Source: an uncultured virus (IMG/VR IMGVR_UViG_3300002294_000003) | Lineage: Duplodnaviria; Heunggongvirae; Uroviricota; Caudoviricetes | DNA length: 20,000 bases | IMG/VR virus record: IMGVR_UViG_3300002294_000003 | Coordinates: 56,437-76,436 of that record | Strand: one strand, 5' to 3' | Shown: in pieces, positions 16,522 to 20,000 of the stretch | How positions within the stretch are numbered: the first letter of the stretch is position 1 | How the letters are laid out: each line of letters opens with the position of its first letter | Translations under genes and position numbers: made by a program | The notes under the pieces: model-generated | Told to the model about the DNA's origin: nothing | The model's database searches: none | The model's input: the letters and a program-made list of their open reading frames with translations, nothing else

Positions 16522-17106
16522 TTATTTAAATAAGTCGGCAGTTTTGAGGAAACGTCCGCCCCATAGGGATTTTTCAACCTTTTCTGGTTGAACCTGTACG
16601 ATCTCGCCTAGATCGCCAGACTTACGAAAAGCGGTATCGGCTTCCACAGCATCTACTCGCTTTCCAAAATTGTCAAATTCTGACTTGGCCTGAGAAAGCT
16701 CTCCCTTTACAGAAGATAGCTCTCCCTTGACGATGCCAAGAGATTTGTTTAGTTCTGAAACCTGTTCGTGCAAAGACTTAACAGTTTCAGCTAGATCGCT
16801 AAAGGCTGATGTAAGAGTGTCTTTAATGTCAGCTACTGCAGTAGCAATAACTTCGTCTGACTTTGATACTTCTTCCTTAGCTGCTTCTTCCATGTCTTCA
16901 GACTTCATTGTTTCTTCTTCGTCTTCCTTCATGTCGTCAGCCTTCTTTTCCTCTTCGTCCATGGACTTTTCTTCCTTGTCCTTGTCTTCTTCAGAATAGG
17001 CTTTCTCTACGTCAGCTGTGGTTTCGGCATCTGCCTCTGGAGCGACCTGTGCTTCTTCAACTACATCATCGTTCTTTTCAACAATGTTTTCAGTTGTTTC
17101 ATTCAT
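16522..17106 (-). CDS. Putative nested in-frame scaffold protein, 194 aa
   Basis: AGGAGG at 17120-17115 lies 8 nt before the in-frame ATG at 17106 (MNETTE...), at the protease/scaffold boundary. Confidence 0.6.
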   Translation of the reverse strand: MNETTENIVEKNDDVVEEAQVAPEADAETTADVEKAYSEEDKDKEEKSMDEEEKKADDMKEDEEETMKSEDMEEAAKEEVSKSDEVIATAVADIKDTLTSAFSDLAETVKSLHEQVSELNKSLGIVKGELSSVKGELSQAKSEFDNFGKRVDAVEADTAFRKSGDLGEIVQVQPEKVEKSLWGGRFLKTADLFK

Positions 17107-17865
17107 AGGATCTTCCTCCTTTTTCATCTTAGAAGTATTAATGCCTTTAGCACTATCAACTAAGAATTTTATCATTTCTGATTTTTCGCTGTCATTTTTT
17201 TCAACGAAACCTATATTTTTCATTAGAGTTCCATTAATTGGACTCTCTTCTGATTCTTCTGATGATACCTTTACGATACCGTTTTCTCTATCCCAGAAAA
17301 CATTCTCAAACTCAACGTCAAGGTTTTCCCCCTTGATCATATCTACGCCATTCACCTTTTCAACAGACAGAATGTTTGCAAACTGATTTGCTGGATTGTC
17401 TACCAAAGATAGCTCAATTAGATCATAGTCTTTGATTATGCGAATAGTCTTTTCCATTTTTTCATCATACATATCATCGTACTTATTCATCTTTCCGCCA
17501 ATGGAAAAACCAGAAAGTGTCCCATCCAAAACTTTTTCCCAGGTGTTTTGTGCACCCTTAGAAATATATGCAGATACAAAAACGCCAGAATAGAACTTCT
17601 TGCTTTCTGGATCAAAGTATCTGTCTTCTTTAAAATTAACCATCTTGCCAACAGAGATTGGTTGGTGCATTTCACGAATGTTGCCACGGAACTTGGCAAA
17701 TGCCTTGAGAGAAGCTTCTGTGGTTACTATGTCTGCCTGCTTGTCTACATTGTCAAGTGTGGCAAATCCAGAAACGATTCTACGCTCCTGATCAACCTTG
17801 CTGAATGGCATAGACAAACGAACGTTGTCTCCATCCATATCCCACTGTGCTTTAGATATAGTCAT
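16522..17865 (-). CDS. HK97-type prohead protease fused to an acidic/coiled-coil scaffold, 447 aa
   Basis: Motifs RIVSGFA, D...D, REMH (His), GFSIGG (Ser) and ELSLVDNPAN. The C-terminal half is E/D/K-rich followed by heptad repeats. Confidence 0.92.
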   Translation of the reverse strand: MTISKAQWDMDGDNVRLSMPFSKVDQERRIVSGFATLDNVDKQADIVTTEASLKAFAKFRGNIREMHQPISVGKMVNFKEDRYFDPESKKFYSGVFVSAYISKGAQNTWEKVLDGTLSGFSIGGKMNKYDDMYDEKMEKTIRIIKDYDLIELSLVDNPANQFANILSVEKVNGVDMIKGENLDVEFENVFWDRENGIVKVSSEESEESPINGTLMKNIGFVEKNDSEKSEMIKFLVDSAKGINTSKMKKEEDPMNETTENIVEKNDDVVEEAQVAPEADAETTADVEKAYSEEDKDKEEKSMDEEEKKADDMKEDEEETMKSEDMEEAAKEEVSKSDEVIATAVADIKDTLTSAFSDLAETVKSLHEQVSELNKSLGIVKGELSSVKGELSQAKSEFDNFGKRVDAVEADTAFRKSGDLGEIVQVQPEKVEKSLWGGRFLKTADLFK

Positions 17866-17874
17866 TGTATTCTA

Positions 17875-17924
17875 ATTATATCGCTTTTTTATCAAATTGT
17901 TATAAACAACATACCATTATAGCA
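17875..17924 (-). promoter_or_regulatory. Tandem -10 elements upstream of the protease gene
   Basis: TGCTATAAT at 17924-17916 and TATAAT at 17880-17875; the second is 9 nt before the ATG and there is no SD. Confidence 0.65.
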
Positions 17925-17928
17925 GTTT

Positions 17929-19557
17929 TTATTCTGATGACGGGCCTTCGCCCTGAGCGTTCCTTCCTGATATAGTAGCTGGGCTATCTGACGCATTATT
18001 TGTTCTTTCGGCATCTCTTTGCCTATTGCCAGCCAAATTTGCTCTAGCGTCTGTAGCTTGTCTTGGTGACATTACAAAGGGGCTGTCGCCATCTGGCCTT
18101 TGTGGCAGACCAAGGACCTCCCTGGCCTCATTTGGAACCATAATCTGCGTCTTTACATATCTTTCTAAAATTTGAGATTGAGCTATCTCGTCTGTCAAAG
18201 TTAGCTCATTGAACTTTAGCTCTAGAATGTCAGTCTTTTCCTTAACAATTCTATTTACTAGCTTCTCAATGGTTCTTTGTAGTGGTCTTGCTACCTGCTC
18301 CTTAAATGTTCTATCCTGAGAAAGAGAGGCTGCAATATTAGAGGCATCGGAGCCTCCAATCTTTGAAAGTGGAACTTGGTGTGCAATTAGGATATCATCA
18401 CGATTTCGTAGTCTGTATTCGTTAAATGAAGCTTCCTGGACACCATTCTCAATGGGTTCCATCTTAAACTCAACTTTGTTTTGTTCGGTATCTCCTGGCA
18501 GTGGAATGTACAGTGTTCTATGGCTTTGCCCCTTTAGATTTGTTTGTAAGAATCTGAATAGTTTGTCTTCTGCCTCAGAGGATAGTTTTGCACCTTTAAG
18601 AGTAACCACATAGCGTGGAACAGCCTTGTTGCTAAAGTAGTCAATATTGTATTGCGATGCAAGCTGATCTCCGTGTAAAGAAGAGACGGCAGACATAATG
18701 TCTGGAATACCATAGTAAGTATTTAGCGGAGAATATTGCTTAAAGTGAATGATCTCATTTGGTCTTGGATCTCCAGTAATTGGATTTGGATTTGATGCTC
18801 CAAAATTTCTAAAATATACAACCTTATGTCCAATAACCTGAACAAAACCATCTTTAAGCCTACGAACACGAATTGTGGTAGCTGGAATATGACCAATATA
18901 TCCAATCTCTCCACGTACCGTTCTACCAATCTCAAGATATCCGTTGCCAGTTGACTCATAGTCAGTCAGCACCTTCATCATAAGGTTTGTAAATGATTCT
19001 TCGTCATTGAGATTCTCTAGCCAATCACGCATCTCTATCTTCATTCTTTCAATGCGTCTACGTGCCTTGTCTCTTGCTGAATCATTATCATTTGATTCTA
19101 AAGCCATCATTGTTCTATCAGAGACATGGAAGTCATATCCAAGACCAACAGTATTTTCTACCTTTGCATCAATNGCTGCGTGGTTGGCAAATGATGTGTC
19201 ATAAAAGTTAGCTAGCTCGTATAGGTTCCATGGTGGGGTAATAACATCAAACATGCCNTATCCGTTACGATATACGCTTCCTGGATTAATCTCTTTTGAT
19301 GACGCACCGTCTGTTCCAGAACTAATTGCAAGGGCACTATCCAGATAGGCTGGCGATGTTGTGTTAATATTTTTTGGCACCTGTATGTCATAGGCCTTGG
19401 CCATTCTATCTGACCTACGTTTAAAATTTTTATCTAAGCCAGACAAGCCCTTAAGTTCATCCCAAGACTTATTAAATGGATCCTGTTCCTTAAAAACATT
19501 ATTTTCTTTTTCTGTATCTGGCAGGCCAAGATCTCTAATATAAAGCTCTTCTGACAT
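17929..19557 (-). CDS. Portal protein (HK97/PBSX-like family), 542 aa
   Basis: Motifs TGNGYLEI, HIPATTIR, NEIIHFK...YYGIP, YFSNKAVP, ILIAHQVP and IMVPNEAREVLGLP. Directly upstream of the protease gene. Confidence 0.95.
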   Translation of the reverse strand: MSEELYIRDLGLPDTEKENNVFKEQDPFNKSWDELKGLSGLDKNFKRRSDRMAKAYDIQVPKNINTTSPAYLDSALAISSGTDGASSKEINPGSVYRNGXGMFDVITPPWNLYELANFYDTSFANHAXIDAKVENTVGLGYDFHVSDRTMMALESNDNDSARDKARRRIERMKIEMRDWLENLNDEESFTNLMMKVLTDYESTGNGYLEIGRTVRGEIGYIGHIPATTIRVRRLKDGFVQVIGHKVVYFRNFGASNPNPITGDPRPNEIIHFKQYSPLNTYYGIPDIMSAVSSLHGDQLASQYNIDYFSNKAVPRYVVTLKGAKLSSEAEDKLFRFLQTNLKGQSHRTLYIPLPGDTEQNKVEFKMEPIENGVQEASFNEYRLRNRDDILIAHQVPLSKIGGSDASNIAASLSQDRTFKEQVARPLQRTIEKLVNRIVKEKTDILELKFNELTLTDEIAQSQILERYVKTQIMVPNEAREVLGLPQRPDGDSPFVMSPRQATDARANLAGNRQRDAERTNNASDSPATISGRNAQGEGPSSE

Positions 19558-19925
19558 TATTCTTCGTCTCCGTACATTTCAATGGTCTTTTTGGCTGCTG
19601 CCACTGCACCAAGGTCATTAAGATTTGGGATTAGGCCGCTTTTCATTCTGTCTATTTGCTCAGAATACTCTTCATCCGATACACGGCCCATCCCAGCAAA
19701 AAATACTGGCTTGCCATTAGGCTCGCCATGATAAGCTGCAGCTTGGCGTAGCTTATGCAGCTGTATCTCATCTCCCCTATGGGACGGAATGTTTAGGATG
19801 TTTCCCTGACCATCCGTAAACCACTTTCCGTTTTCTCTCTGCCAAACATATATACCCCAATCGTAGTTTTTATCTAAAACTGTGATCTTAGACTTACCAA
19901 TTTGATTAGGATTTTGCTTTTTCAT
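19557..19925 (-). CDS. Hypothetical protein coupled to the portal gene, ~122 aa
   Basis: ORF with a TAATG overlap into the portal gene. The likely start is ATG 19925, 7 nt after TGGTATACT; ATG 19931 is the alternative. Confidence 0.8.
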   Translation of the reverse strand: MKKQNPNQIGKSKITVLDKNYDWGIYVWQRENGKWFTDGQGNILNIPSHRGDEIQLHKLRQAAAYHGEPNGKPVFFAGMGRVSDEEYSEQIDRMKSGLIPNLNDLGAVAAAKKTIEMYGDEE

Positions 19926-19932
19926 AACCATA

Positions 19933-19948
19933 AGTATACCATATTATA
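19933..19948 (-). promoter_or_regulatory. Tandem -10 elements TATAAT and TGGTATACT
   Basis: The - strand reads TATAAT-A-TGGTATACT-TATGGTT-ATG, with no SD. Confidence 0.6.
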
Positions 19949-20000
19949 CTGCCTGGTATACCTGAGAACGCCACTCTATGTTTTCTTTGACTGAATATTG
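19944..20000 (-). CDS. 3' end of an upstream gene (partial)
   Basis: An open frame QYSVKENIEWRSQVYQAV* ends at TAA 19946-19944. Too short to assign a function. Confidence 0.45.
   Translation of the reverse strand, partial: QYSVKENIEWRSQVYQAV

Noticed and set aside
1499..19204. Numerous + strand ORFs of 60-124 aa and short alternative-frame - strand ORFs in the ORF track
   Set aside because: They overlap well-supported - strand structural genes, lack recognisable motifs, and look like antisense or off-frame shadows.
19174..19258. Two ambiguous bases in the portal gene, one in a TAN codon that could be a stop
   Set aside because: Both are third codon positions (GCN Ala, and TAN most likely Tyr), consistent with synonymous variation in a consensus assembly rather than a pseudogene or recoding.
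1..20000. CRISPR array, tRNA or ncRNA genes, or an alternative genetic code
   Set aside because: Intergenic gaps are short and explained by promoters and terminators, no spaced repeats or cloverleaf were seen, and all genes are intact in the standard code.

Overview
The window is the virion morphogenesis module of a large, AT-rich, long-tailed (siphovirus-like) Caudoviricetes phage, with every gene on the - strand. Transcription order: partial gene, conserved hypothetical, portal, HK97-type prohead protease/scaffold, major capsid protein, small acidic protein, four neck/head-tail genes, major tail protein, two tail assembly chaperone genes, a 2995-aa tape measure protein (TMP), a distal-tail-like protein and a partial minor tail protein. 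Extended -10 promoters and leaderless starts suggest an actinobacterial host (inference). The most notable observations are: (1) the TMP carries a ~780-aa internal cassette bracketed by two 49-aa repeats (36/49 identical) that resemble the TMP C-terminal motif, and the cassette holds a DUF3626-like, putatively ADP-ribosyltransferase-fold domain plus an unknown domain, suggesting an effector cargo injected with the TMP; (2) the same motif appears at the N-terminus of the small protein after the capsid gene; (3) the tail chaperones G and G-T appear to be encoded as two paralogous genes with their own promoters instead of by a programmed frameshift; (4) a nested scaffold start with a strong RBS lies inside the protease gene. 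Family assignments come from motifs recognised by eye and from synteny; no searches were run.
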